The notes under the pieces are model-generated. The model did no database searches and had not been told where the DNA came from. It was given only the letters and a program-made list of their open reading frames with translations. 32,000 nt of DNA from Mycoplasma mobile 163K (GTDB lineage Bacteria; Bacillota_I; Bacilli_A; Mycoplasmatales; Metamycoplasmataceae). Positions 1-10,179 of the stretch are shown piece by piece. The translations under genes and the position numbers were made by a program. The stretch is taken from positions 540,001 through 572,000 of the forward strand of contig NC_006908.1 of the NCBI RefSeq assembly GCF_000008365.1. The letters run 5' to 3'. How positions within the stretch are numbered: position 1 is the first letter of the stretch; each line of letters begins with the position of its first letter.

Positions 1-219
1 TCCATCAATATAAACATCTCCTGAAGTCGGTTTATAAAGTCCAGCAATTATTTTGCTTAAAGTACTTTTTCCAGAACCATTATGACCTAGAATTGCTGTA
101 TATTTTCCTTGCGGGAAATTAATACTAACATCATTTAAAGCAAATGATGTTCCTGTCGAATATTTAAATTTGACATTTTTTAATTCGATCATTGGTGTAT
201 TAATATTATCTGTACTCAT
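1..219 (-). CDS. ecfA: ECF/ABC-type transporter ATP-binding protein, N-terminal part (gene runs off the left edge)
   Basis: Minus-strand ATG at 217-219. Translation is MSTDNINTPMIELKNVKFKYSTGTSFALNDVSINFPQGKYTAILGHNGSGKSTLSKIIAGLYKPTSGDVYIDG, with the Walker A GHNGSGKST typical of EcfA/CbiO ATPases. It is absent from the ORF track because it is truncated by the window edge. Confidence 0.75.
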   Translation of the reverse strand, partial: MSTDNINTPMIELKNVKFKYSTGTSFALNDVSINFPQGKYTAILGHNGSGKSTLSKIIAGLYKPTSGDVYIDG

Positions 220-239
220 AAAATCCTTTTGCTTATATA

Positions 240-800
240 TTATAGTTTATCTAAATACTCTTGGTTAAAAACACCTATAAAATCAATGTTTCTTAATTTT
301 TCCTTTACATCTAAACCATAGCCTGCAAGAAATTTATTTGGAACTATAAATCCTGCTTTATCAACTTCAAGTTTATTTTTACGATTTACTCTTTTGTCTA
401 ATAAAGTTAAAATTTTTAATGATTTTGGTTGCTTCATTTTAAGCATTCCGACAACTTTTTCTAAAGTAATTCCACTATCAACAATATCTTCAATAATCAG
501 TACATCTTTATCAAAAATATTTTGTTTTAAATCCATAACCACTTTAACATTTCCTGATGATTCGGTTGAACCTGAATAAGTGGAAAGAGTCATAAAATCT
601 CAAATATGTTCAACAGTCACATTTTTTGCAAGATCAATTAAAAACGGTAAACAACCTTTTAAAAGTCCAATAAAAATTAAATCCTTACTATTTTTATAAG
701 TTTCATTTACTCAATTTGCTAATTCTTTTACTTTGATTTGAATTTCTTCAGATGTAAATAGAATTTCTGTAAAACGTGGGTCATTAGATTTGTGCTTCAT
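240..800 (-). CDS. hpt: hypoxanthine(-guanine) phosphoribosyltransferase
   Basis: ORF 240-593 extends in frame to ATG 798-800 through two TGA(Trp) codons, checked codon by codon. It has the PRPP-binding motif VLIIEDIVDSGITL and the C-terminal FIVPNKFLAGYGLD typical of HPRT. Confidence 0.93.
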
Positions 801-875
801 AATAGAATTTTAAAGAAAAAAATATTATTTTTACAAAAATAATATTTTTAAAAATTAAAATTAAAAAAGAGAAAA

Positions 876-1400
876 TTAATTGTCTAAAAATTTAAGAATT
901 TCTACTTCATATTTAGTTGGGGCATTTATTTCACGAACATCTCCAATTTTAGATCCCATAATTCCTTGAGAAATAGGGGATGAATAACTAATTTTATTTA
1001 AAAAAGGATCAGTTTCAAGAGTTCCTACAATTTTTACTTCAAATTGCTTTTTGTTATCAATTCTTTTTAATAATACTTTTGAACCAATAGTAACTTTTTT
1101 ACTTTTAGAAGCATTTTGAATTTCAGTATAATTTTCTAGAATGTATTCGATTTCTTTAATTCTATCTTCAATTTGACCTTGCTTTTCTCTTGCTGAGTCA
1201 TACTCTGAATTTTCAGATAAATCACCTTGAGCTCTTGCATCTTTAATTTCTTCAATGATTTTTGGTCTTTCAACATTAATAAGATTATTTAATTCTGTTT
1301 TATAAGTTTCAACACTTTCTAAAGTTAAATATAATTTACCATCATTAACTTGTGCATCAAATTCATTTTTATTGATTGGATCATTTTTTATTTTTGTCAT
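876..1400 (-). CDS. greA: transcription elongation factor GreA
   Basis: 174-aa intact ORF. The N-terminal coiled coil carries AREQGDLSENSEYD-like ARAQGDLSENSEYDSAREKQ, followed by a C-terminal FKBP-like domain (ISYSSPISQGIMGSKIGD). Confidence 0.95.
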   Translation of the reverse strand: MTKIKNDPINKNEFDAQVNDGKLYLTLESVETYKTELNNLINVERPKIIEEIKDARAQGDLSENSEYDSAREKQGQIEDRIKEIEYILENYTEIQNASKSKKVTIGSKVLLKRIDNKKQFEVKIVGTLETDPFLNKISYSSPISQGIMGSKIGDVREINAPTKYEVEILKFLDN

Positions 1401-1415
1401 ATTTTCCTTTTTGAA

Positions 1416-2087
1416 TTATTTTTTTGTTATTAAAAAAATTCCATTATTTATTTTTATCTCTTCAAAATAAGCTTTAACTAATTTTAAATGATTAATAAAA
1501 TTTTTCTTAGTTTTTTTATTTATACTAAAATCATAAATTATAATTAAACCATTTTTTTTCAAATTTTTGAAATATTTTCCATAAAGATCATTTCAATTTT
1601 TTAAATCATCATTAAAAATAATAATGTCAAATTGTTCTTCTAAACTTACTTTTTCAATTACTTCTAGCTTATAAGTTATATTTTTTTTAAGTTCTAATAA
1701 TTCTTGATATTTTTGTTTATTTAAATCTTTTTCTAAAATTTTAAAAGAAGCTTTTGTTTTATTTGAAAAAGAAAGAGGTTCATATCCGTTTGTTTTTCCT
1801 AAATAAAGACCATTTTTAAAATCATTTCTTAAAATTGTATTAATTGTAAATTCCACATACAAATCATTTAAAGCATTAGGGGATTTAGTTTTTCAATCTT
1901 CATACAATTCTCCTATATCTTCTCTTTTTAAAATTAAATTCATTCCAATTTTATTATCTTTCAAATTAATTTCAAGGATTTTTCTTCTCAGTTTTCTTAT
2001 TCTTATTTGAATAAAAGTAAAAGAGCTAATTGCAAGAATTAAAACAACAATTATTGAAGAAATTAAAGCTATTTGTTCAGGGCTCAT
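1416..2087 (-). CDS. divergent class I O-methyltransferase-like protein (YrrM/TrmR family 3-like), SAM motif I degenerate
   Basis: ORFs 1893-2087 and 1593-1862 plus a tail down to TAA 1416-1418 form one frame through two TGA codons. FDIIIFNDDLKNWNDLYGKYFKNLKKNGLIIIYDF resembles the family-3 OMT signature FDFIFIDADKxNYxxYxxxxLxLLxxGGLIxxDN. The N-terminus MSPEQ...KILEINL resembles sPEqg...kILEIGT, but the G-x-G is lost. The position after ruvX/DUF1292 matches Bacillus yrrM synteny. Confidence 0.45.
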
Positions 2088-2596
2088 TAATTAATGATAT
2101 TTCTTTTTTCAATTAAATTTTTATAAGAATCTTTGATGTCTTTGGAAAATTCTTCATAGTCTTCCTCATATTCATCTTCGTCTTCGTCATAATCACCATA
2201 ATATTCTTCATCGTCATCTTCATCTTCGTCATCTTCATCTTCGTCATCTTCATCATCTTCATCTTCATCGTCGTCGTCTTCGTCATCTCCCCCATCAACT
2301 AAAGGACCACCGATACCTTCAAAATTATATTTTTCTGCTAGCTCTTTAAACTTATCAGATTGAATAAAATCTTCTCAAATTTGTTCAACAATTTTGTATT
2401 CATCTTCTTCTAAGTTACTTAATGAATTATCTTCGTTTAATTTACTGAAAAAAACTTCTTCTTTTATTGTGTAACAAATGAATGTATCTCCTGCTTCTTC
2501 GAAAGTGAATAAAACAATTCCTTTTAATTTTTTGCCATTTTCATCATATACATCAATTTCTCTTAAATCTTTTATCTCATTATTAATTTTCATCAT
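2087..2596 (-). CDS. DUF1292 (UPF0473, YrzB-like) protein with long poly-Asp/Glu C-terminal tail
   Basis: ORF 2375-2596 (MMKINNEIKDLREIDVYDENGKKLKGIVLFTFEEAGDTFICYT...) reads through TGA 2375-2377 to TAA 2087-2089. The tail is GGDDEDDDDEDEDDEDDEDEDDEDEDDDEEYYGDYDEDEDEYEEDYEEF. The gene lies directly downstream of ruvX, as yrzB does in Firmicutes. Its start overlaps the ruvX stop by 14 nt and its stop overlaps the next ATG. Confidence 0.8.
2150..2295. repeat. quasi-repetitive GAT/GAA/GAC codon tract (low-complexity, encodes the acidic tail)
   Basis: The plus strand reads ttcatcttcgtc / atcttcatcttcgtc units repeated. This tract also generates the spurious MKMKM ORF 2113-2298 in another frame. 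Confidence 0.8.
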
Positions 2597-3017
2597 ATTT
2601 TTCCTTTATAAAATAGTTATTTAAAAAATCATTCAATATTATTTGCGCCGATATTTTATCTACTATTGTTTTTCTTTTTTTACTTTTCATTTCATTTATG
2701 CTTAAATTTGCCAATACAGATGAATTATACTCATTCACAAAAAATATTGGTAAGTTAATTTCTTTTTCTAAATGTTTTTTGAAATTTTCTACAAAAATTG
2801 TGCTTTTTGTTTTTTCATTATTAATTTTAATGGGCAACCCAATAACAATTGTATCAATTTGATATTCTAATAGAATTTTCTTGATTTCTAAAATAATATT
2901 ATTAAAATTAGCATTTTTTTGAATAAAAGTTTTTAATGGAAGTGAAATTTTATTAGAATCATCACTTATAGCAAATCCTGTCCTTATTTTCCCTAAATCA
3001 ATTCCAAGTTTTCTCAT
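2583..3017 (-). CDS. ruvX: YqgF/RuvX putative pre-16S rRNA nuclease (Holliday junction resolvase-like)
   Basis: 144-aa ORF with MRKLGIDLGKIRTGFAISD (GxDxGxxRxGxAxSD motif) and IVIGLP. It starts 4 nt after the alaS stop, giving the conserved alaS-ruvX order. Confidence 0.9.
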   Translation of the reverse strand: MRKLGIDLGKIRTGFAISDDSNKISLPLKTFIQKNANFNNIILEIKKILLEYQIDTIVIGLPIKINNEKTKSTIFVENFKKHLEKEINLPIFFVNEYNSSVLANLSINEMKSKKRKTIVDKISAQIILNDFLNNYFIKEKYDEN

Positions 3018-3021
3018 CGAA

Positions 3022-5739
3022 TTAAATGATTCCTTTTTCTTTTAAAAGTTCAAATAAATCTTCTGCTTTTTCAATTTTCTTATCGATACTTCCTTGCGAA
3101 AGAATATTATTTCCTCCACCTTTTCCTTTATATTTTTCAAAAATTATATTAGAGATGTCTTTTGCAGAAAATTCCTTTGATCCAACACAAATGAAAAATT
3201 TACCCTTACTAATTTCAGAACCTAAAATAACTATTGCTTTTGGATTTTTTTCTCTCAATGTAGCAACTAAAGATTGTAAAGAAGCCATTTTTAAATTCAT
3301 GTCAAAGATTATTTCAGTGTTTTTAAATTTCATAATGCTAAAATCAGACTCTAATTTTTCAAGTTTATTTTCTGAATTTTTTAAAAGCTTTTTATAATCA
3401 GATCTTGCTTGGTCAATATGTTTTGTTATTTGTTCATTTTGTTCATCTAAATTTTTACTTCAAGAAAAATTCATTTTATAACCTTGAAAAAGACTTTTAT
3501 TTTTTTCAATCAAATTTTCTAAAACTAATTTATTTTTTGAAATTTCATCTTTTAAATATTCTTCAACAATTTTTTTACTAGTAATAGCTTTTATTCTAAA
3601 TTTATTTTTTCCTTTTGAATCTAAAGAAATAATTTTGAAAGTTTCAATTTTTTTAGTATTTTCAATATGTGTACCACCACATAAATCAGCTGTTATTTTT
3701 GGGAAATTAACAATTCTAACTTCATTTGGATCCATGTATTCTTGTTCTTCTAAAGTCATAACAGCATTTAATTTTTTAGCACCTTCTAAAGTTGTGATAA
3801 TATATTCTCTATCAACACTCATATTAATGTATTCATTTACTCGTTTTTCAACATTTTTTATTTCTTCTCAACTAGGTTTTTTAGATAAAGGAAAATCAAA
3901 AGTTAATCTTTCTTCGTTATTATCACTACCAAGTTGTTCAATTTCTTTTCCAAATTCTCTTGACAAAGCATTAAAAACAAGGTGTGTGCCACTATGATTT
4001 CTTTCTAATCCGATTCTAATATTAGAATCTACTTCTGCATTTATTAATTCAGACTTTAAAATTTTTCCTTTCACTTTATGGACATTATTTAAATGTTTAT
4101 CTTTAAAAACTTCTAAAACTTCAATTCTATTTTTATCTTGAATCAAAAGTCCTTTATCATGTCTTTGGCCTCCTGCTGTTGCGTAAAAAGGTGTTTTATC
4201 TAAAATAAGATATGAAATTTCATTTTCAGAATTTGTAAAGTGAATTTCTTCTGTTTCATTTAGTAAATATAGAATTTTGGATTTAGTTTTTAATGTAGAA
4301 TATCCTACAAATTCTGAAACTTTTTCTTTTACTAATTCAAGAGAATTTATCACTTTTTGCATTGCACTTGAATTTTCAGAACGACTTTTATTTGCATGTT
4401 CTTCTAAATATTTTGGAAGATTACTAATATCCAATTCTATTTCATATTCATCTTCTAATATTTCTTTGATAATTTCAACAGGAAATCCAAAAGTTGAAAA
4501 TAATTCAAAGGCAATTGAAAAATCAAAAGTTAAATTATTTTCTTTGAAATATTTTGCAACTTGAGATTTATTTTCTATATCTATTGAATTATCCTTAGGG
4601 AATTTAGATTTAATTTTTTCTTTTAATAAGTTAATTCCTTCAGAAATTGTCTTTGAAAACATTTCTTCTTCTTTTTTTATAATTTTTGAAACTTTTTCAA
4701 CATCAATATCATAAATAAGTGAATCTCTTACAATTTGTGTCATTTTGTGTAGAAAAGATTTTCCTTTGATTCCAAGAAATATCCCTGATCTATAAGCTCT
4801 TCTTATTAATCTTCTTATAATATATCCTCTACCATTATTAGATGGCTTTGCTCCGTCATTAATTGCATTAACAGCAGTTCTTAAATGATCTGAAATAATT
4901 TTAAAGTTCAAATTGATTTTTTCTTGGATTTTATCTTTTAAAAAATAATTATCAATTTTATATTTGTAAATCGAAAGTTTCTCTATTTCTTTAATAATTG
5001 GTAAAAATAAATCCGTTTCAAAATTTGTTGGAGTGTCTTGAAGAATGCATGCAAGTCTCTCTAGTCCTGCTCCAGTATCAATATTTTTTTGCTTTAATAA
5101 TTCATAATTTCCATTACCATCATTATTAAATTGAGAAAATACAATATTTCAAATTTCTATATATCGATCATTTTCAATATCATTTTTCAATAATTCAATG
5201 CCTCTATTTGAATATTTAGGACCTCTATCATAAAAAATTTCTAAATTTGGTCCACAAGGACCATTTCCCATATCTCAAAAATTAGTTTTTCTGCTTCCTT
5301 TAATAATTTGTGAATCAGGAACATTCAAACTTTTCAAAATTTCTAAAGTTTCTAAATCTTCTGAAAAATATGTAAAGAAAATTTTTTCACGATCAAATTT
5401 CAAGACATCAAAAATGAATTCAAAACCAAAATTAATTGCTTCTTTTTTAAAATAATCTCCAATAGAAAAATTTCCAAGCATTTCAAAAAAAGTATGATGT
5501 CTTGCTGTTTTTCCTACATTTTCAATATCATTTGTTCGGATTGATTTTTGGCTATTTGTCAATCTTTTACTTGGTGGTATTTTTTTACCTGAAAAAAAAT
5601 CTTTTAAAGTAGCAACACCTGAATTAATCCACAATAATGAATCATCTTTAATTGGAATTAAACTTTTTGAAGGTATTATTAAATGACCTTTTGATTCAAA
5701 AAAATTCAATCATTTATTTCTTATTTCTTTTGATTTCAT
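3022..5739 (-). CDS. alaS: alanine--tRNA ligase
   Basis: Four track ORFs (3022-3333, 3460-3822, 3868-4911, 5275-5709) share one frame. Gaps contain only sense codons and TGA; I scanned 3334-3459, 3823-3867 and 4912-5274. The gene is 905 codons from ATG 5737-5739. Class II core [21 protein letters not shown], editing-domain HSGTHL and CGGTH, and a C-terminal DHHA1-like GKGGG are present. Confidence 0.97.
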
Positions 5740-5751
5740 TTTATCCTTGCC

Positions 5752-6864
5752 TTAATGGAATTGATTTAAATTTCCTTTATAATAAGTCTTGTTGATTATT
5801 CCGCCACCTACACAACTTTCGCCATCATAAATAACAACATGTTGTCCTGGTGTAACAGCTTCAAATTCATCCGGGTAGGAAATTTCTATTTTATTTTTAT
5901 CTATATTCAAGATTTCTATTTTGATATCTTCTTGACGGTATCTAAATTTTGCTGTTAAATTTTTTTTATTAAAATTTTTGTTAATGAGGTTAAATTCGAT
6001 TGCCTCTAATTTATCTGATTTTAAATAATTTTTGCTGTGAATGCTAGCAACATACAAAATTTTGTTTTTTAAATCATGACCTGCAACATAGTAAGGATAT
6101 TTCATTCCAGACAAATTAATTTTTCTTTGACCTAAAGTATAGTACATTACTCCAACATGTTGTCCAACAACTTCATTTGTTTCTATATCAACAATATTTC
6201 CTGGCATATTAGGAATATAATTTTGTAAAAATTTATCAAAATTTCTTTCACCAATAAAACAAATTCCTGTTGAATCCTTTTTTTGAGCAGTCACTAAGTT
6301 ATTTTCGGCAGCAATTTTTCTAATAACATCTTTTGTCAAATCTTTTAATGGAAAAATAATTTTTTTCAATTGATCACTTGAAAGTTGAGATAAAAAATAA
6401 CTTTGATCTTTATTCCTATCTTTTGCTCTATATAATAAAGAATTTTCCACTTTAGCATAATGACCAGTTGCAATAAAATCTGGATTAAAATTTTTTTCAA
6501 CATATTCAATAAATTTTCCAAATTTTATATATTTATTGCAAAAAATATCTGGATTAGGAGTTCTTCCTTGCCTATATTCTTCTATTAAATATGTAAAAAC
6601 TTCATCATAATATTCTTTTACAAAATCCACTCTATAAATAGGAATATTTAATTGTGAAGCAATTTTTTTCGCATCTTCTCAATCTTTTTCTTGAGGACAA
6701 ATATCCTGATTAATATCTTCATTGCCTAGAATATCATTATTTGCAAAAGAATCTCAATTACGCATAAAAACAGCAATCACTTCATGGTTTTGCTGATATT
6801 TTAAAATAAATGCTGTTACAGAAGAATCTACACCACCACTAAGAGCTACTACTATTTTGGACAT
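5752..6864 (-). CDS. mnmA: tRNA-specific 2-thiouridylase MnmA
   Basis: ORF 5752-6630 extends through two TGA codons to ATG 6862-6864. The N-terminus is [19 protein letters not shown] (PP-loop SGGVDS), with [11 protein letters not shown] and KDQSYFL motifs. Total 370 aa. Confidence 0.95.
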
Positions 6865-6939
6865 TGAAATAATTATAAAATAATTTTTGTAAAATAAGCA
6901 ACTTTTACTAAAACAAATTCATTTAAAATAAATTTTAAA

Positions 6940-9900
6940 CTACAATATAAAGTCCTTTTCGTATTGAATGAAAATATTTGGATTTGCTATTTGTTCTATT
7001 CTTATTATTATTTTATGTGTTATTTCATTTTCTAATTTTGAACTAACAATTATTCCTCTATATAAATTATTTGAAATAAACACTTCAAAATCTTCCTTGA
7101 CTAAATCTTTGAATTCTTTATTTGGAGAAACTGCTGAAGATTTTAATGGATTTGGTAATATCGAAAATATTTGCTCCAAAGTTTTTTGTGCAGTTGATTT
7201 TAAATTATTTATTGTATAACCTGAATTTGAATTGTTCAAAGTAGCTTTTAACATATTGTGTGAAATATCAAACGAAATAATTCTTAATACACCATTTGTA
7301 TCATTTGCTCTGTCGATTACCAAATTAGAAATGTTGTATTGATTCATTTCAAGCATTGAATTATTAACCATTACATTTTCAATAATTTGTTTGAAATTAG
7401 TTTCATTTATTTCTGATGGTAAAAATTCTAAAGAAGCAACATTTTTTGGTGTTGGGAAAAATGTAACAATTGCATTGTTTAAATTGTTTTGATCATTTGT
7501 TAAAAAACCAGAAATTTCTCCAGTTGTTTTTTGTGTTGAAATTATTTCATTAAAATTTAAAAGCTTTATTTTGTATTCAAAATTTAATTTACCTGTTTCA
7601 TCATCTACTACAATTGAATTAGGAATAATATTAATTTCATACTCTGCTAGATTAAGTGATTGAATTCCAAAACTAAATCCCGCAACTAAAGATCTTAATT
7701 GCGCACTGGAAGTATTAGAAATAAAATTACTATTTGTAATTATTAATTCTCCTACTTGACTTGGAAGTAAATTTTTCAAATTTATAGATGTAAAATTTAC
7801 TAAAGTTGAAGCATTATCTAAAATAGCTTGATTTGGATTAACAAACCCTTTTACAATTAATACTTCTGTTTTTGAAAAATTTCCAACAATAATAGAAATG
7901 TTTAATGAAACTAGTGCTAATGAATCGTTAGAACTAATGCCATTTACAATAATTTGTGGATTAGATCCATTTGGTAAAACTTGTCTTTTTGCTAAATCTG
8001 ACAACTCAACTGGTTGAAAATTATTTATCGTATAAGATGAAGGTCTAGCATTTTTATTAAGGTTTGGAAAATTAAAGTTTTGTTCATTAGATAAAAAAGA
8101 AATAATAAGATTTAAGTTTTGTTGATCAATTGATTGGTTAATTTTGAATCCTCTTACTTCGACAATATTATTTGGAATAATAATTTCTTGTGTTAAAGGG
8201 TTTAATGAATTAGCAACAGAAGTAATAGAATTAAAAACTAAATCATAACTAAATCTTAAAATTCCTGTTTCTAAATTTTTAGATGAAATTGAAATATTTT
8301 CAATTTTCATTGTTGGTTTAACATTATTGGAAATAAAATCAAAATTGTTTGTAATAAATGATTTATTAAAATTCTCTTTTAACAATAGTTGTAAAAAATT
8401 TTCTTCAAATGAAATGTTTGAATTTTCTCTTTCCAAAGAAGATATCAATAATCTTTCAAAACTAAATTCTATATCTGAATCAACAATCGTTTCAAGATCA
8501 AGATTACTTTTTCCAGTAGAGTCATTTGTTAAAATATTTTTAATTGAAAAAATGCTATTAATAGAATTTAAATTAGCACTTGGATTTACAATTGCTCTTC
8601 TTAAAATACTTGCATTTGATTGGTTAAATTTATCAAAATCTTCTTGATTTCTTTTTAAAAACCCTCCAATTATTTTAGTATATGTTTTTGGTGATTCAAG
8701 ACCTTGTCCGCTAATTTCATATATTAAAGATAATTCTCCAGTTATAAAATTTACAGAAAAATCTTTTAAAGAATATATAAAACCAAAATCACTTGAAGGT
8801 AAATTATACAATTGTTCAAAAAGTGATTTTGAAATTGCATTTATTTCTTCATCTGTCCCACTTGATAAAATTGCTGGAGTAAAAATAGTTTCTATTCTTG
8901 TATTTAAGTTTTTCAAAATTGGATTATTTTCAGCAAGTTTTGAAGCATTTTCTAAAGTTAAAAATCCAATTAAATTTATTTGGAAAGTATCAGAAACATT
9001 TCTATTTTGAATAGATTCAATTCTCACTATTAAATTAACATTTGGTTGGGTTGATTCAGTTCCGTTGTTAGAATCAATGCTTGTTAATGAATATGAAAAT
9101 AAATTTAAATCTTTTAGAGTTGCTTCATTAAAATTAGAAATTAAAGTATTTAATCTTAAATTTTCTAACTTTAATTGAGAAGCAATTTTTTGAGTTGGGT
9201 TTTGAAAATTAACAAAATTTATAAATGAATTAGAATTTAAAGTACCAATAGGGATACTATTGTTGAAAAGATTATTCTTTAAATGATTCAATTGAGTATT
9301 CAATTGATTTCTTTGGACTTGTAAATTATTCTGTTCAGAAGAAACTATGACTTCAATACTAAAAACATAAGGTAAATCATTTTCATGTATAATTTCAAAA
9401 TCAATTGTTACTGAATTATTACTATTTAATCTTGATATTTTTGCATTATTAAAATTAAAATTAACAACACTAGGAATTGAATTTTCCATTAATGAAAATC
9501 TAAAATTATTTCCATCAACTAATATTTCAACAGCTTTTGCAGGGCTACTTAAAATAAAATCTTGAATTGAAAATTTTGCATTTGTCAATTCAGTGATTTT
9601 AATTAACCCAGGATTTTCAAAGGATCTAAAATTATTCAAAATTTTTAATACATCTTCAGAATAATTATTAGGTAAAAAATTTTTTACAGTGCTCTTATAA
9701 ACAAGACTTGTATTATTCGGACCTAAAATAGTTACATTAAAAAGAATTTGACCTTCATCATCATTTGCTTGTGCTGTAGAAAAATCAATCGAATAATTAG
9801 AAGGTATGTTATTTGTTTTCAATGAAAAAAATCTTGATGGATTTTCTTTTGCTAATTTTAAAGCATCTGAAGCTTTTAAAGTATTTTGATTACGTAAATT

Positions 9901-10080
9901 ACTTGAAAAAACTACATCAAATTTTTCCAAATTATTTAAAGAGTTGTTTGAGTTATCATTTGTTGTTTCTTTATTTGAATTTACACCTATAACAACTCCA
10001 ATAGAAATTGCTGAAATTGTTGCTACAATTCCTGTTGCAACTAATAACCCTTTAAAAAGAACACTTTTTTTATCGAACAT
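6940..10080 (-). CDS. large membrane-anchored modular surface protein (about 9 repeated ~100-120 aa modules), function unknown
   Basis: Uninterrupted 1046-codon ORF with AGAGGA-type RBS (aagaggaaaa) just upstream of the ATG. There is an N-terminal hydrophobic anchor (LFKGLLVATGIVATISAISIGVVIGV) and no Cys anywhere, so no lipobox. The body is N/S/I-rich with recurring module ends GF[LKV] (LIGFL, IGGFL, VRGFK, VKGFV, ISGFL). Each is preceded by DDEGQILF / ETGILRF / DDETGKLNF / DTNGVLRI-type strands. Confidence 0.85.
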   Translation of the reverse strand: MFDKKSVLFKGLLVATGIVATISAISIGVVIGVNSNKETTNDNSNNSLNNLEKFDVVFSSNLRNQNTLKASDALKLAKENPSRFFSLKTNNIPSNYSIDFSTAQANDDEGQILFNVTILGPNNTSLVYKSTVKNFLPNNYSEDVLKILNNFRSFENPGLIKITELTNAKFSIQDFILSSPAKAVEILVDGNNFRFSLMENSIPSVVNFNFNNAKISRLNSNNSVTIDFEIIHENDLPYVFSIEVIVSSEQNNLQVQRNQLNTQLNHLKNNLFNNSIPIGTLNSNSFINFVNFQNPTQKIASQLKLENLRLNTLISNFNEATLKDLNLFSYSLTSIDSNNGTESTQPNVNLIVRIESIQNRNVSDTFQINLIGFLTLENASKLAENNPILKNLNTRIETIFTPAILSSGTDEEINAISKSLFEQLYNLPSSDFGFIYSLKDFSVNFITGELSLIYEISGQGLESPKTYTKIIGGFLKRNQEDFDKFNQSNASILRRAIVNPSANLNSINSIFSIKNILTNDSTGKSNLDLETIVDSDIEFSFERLLISSLERENSNISFEENFLQLLLKENFNKSFITNNFDFISNNVKPTMKIENISISSKNLETGILRFSYDLVFNSITSVANSLNPLTQEIIIPNNIVEVRGFKINQSIDQQNLNLIISFLSNEQNFNFPNLNKNARPSSYTINNFQPVELSDLAKRQVLPNGSNPQIIVNGISSNDSLALVSLNISIIVGNFSKTEVLIVKGFVNPNQAILDNASTLVNFTSINLKNLLPSQVGELIITNSNFISNTSSAQLRSLVAGFSFGIQSLNLAEYEINIIPNSIVVDDETGKLNFEYKIKLLNFNEIISTQKTTGEISGFLTNDQNNLNNAIVTFFPTPKNVASLEFLPSEINETNFKQIIENVMVNNSMLEMNQYNISNLVIDRANDTNGVLRIISFDISHNMLKATLNNSNSGYTINNLKSTAQKTLEQIFSILPNPLKSSAVSPNKEFKDLVKEDFEVFISNNLYRGIIVSSKLENEITHKIIIRIEQIANPNIFIQYEKDFIL

Positions 10081-10124
10081 TTTTCCTCTTTTCTTATTTG
10101 AAATAAGATTTGTATCTTATATAT

Positions 10125-10163
10125 AATAACAAAAATCAAACTAAATGTTTGATTTTTGTTATT
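10125..10163 (-). terminator. rho-independent terminator after the Q/N-rich SHOCT gene
   Basis: Perfect 17-bp inverted repeat aataacaaaaatcaaac / gtttgatttttgttatt with a 5-nt loop, 17 nt downstream of the stop at 10180. The 3' arm is T-rich on the minus strand. Confidence 0.6.
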
Positions 10164-10179
10164 TAGAACAATGAATTAT

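Noticed and set aside
2113-2298. Track ORF encoding MMGEMTKTTTMKMKMMKMTKMKM... (61 aa)
   Set aside because: It is an alternative frame of the repetitive GAT/GAA/GAC tract on the same strand. The frame contiguous with the DUF1292 core encodes the poly-D/E tail and ends with a stop that overlaps the next gene's ATG. The MKMK frame is a by-product of the codon repeat.
3022-5739. Interpretation of the fragmented alaS, mnmA, opp, pgk and cls ORFs as pseudogenes or a decaying region
   Set aside because: Every interruption is TGA and never TAA or TAG. The fragments are always in the same frame, and the conserved motifs are intact. This is the signature of the Mollicute genetic code, not of gene decay.
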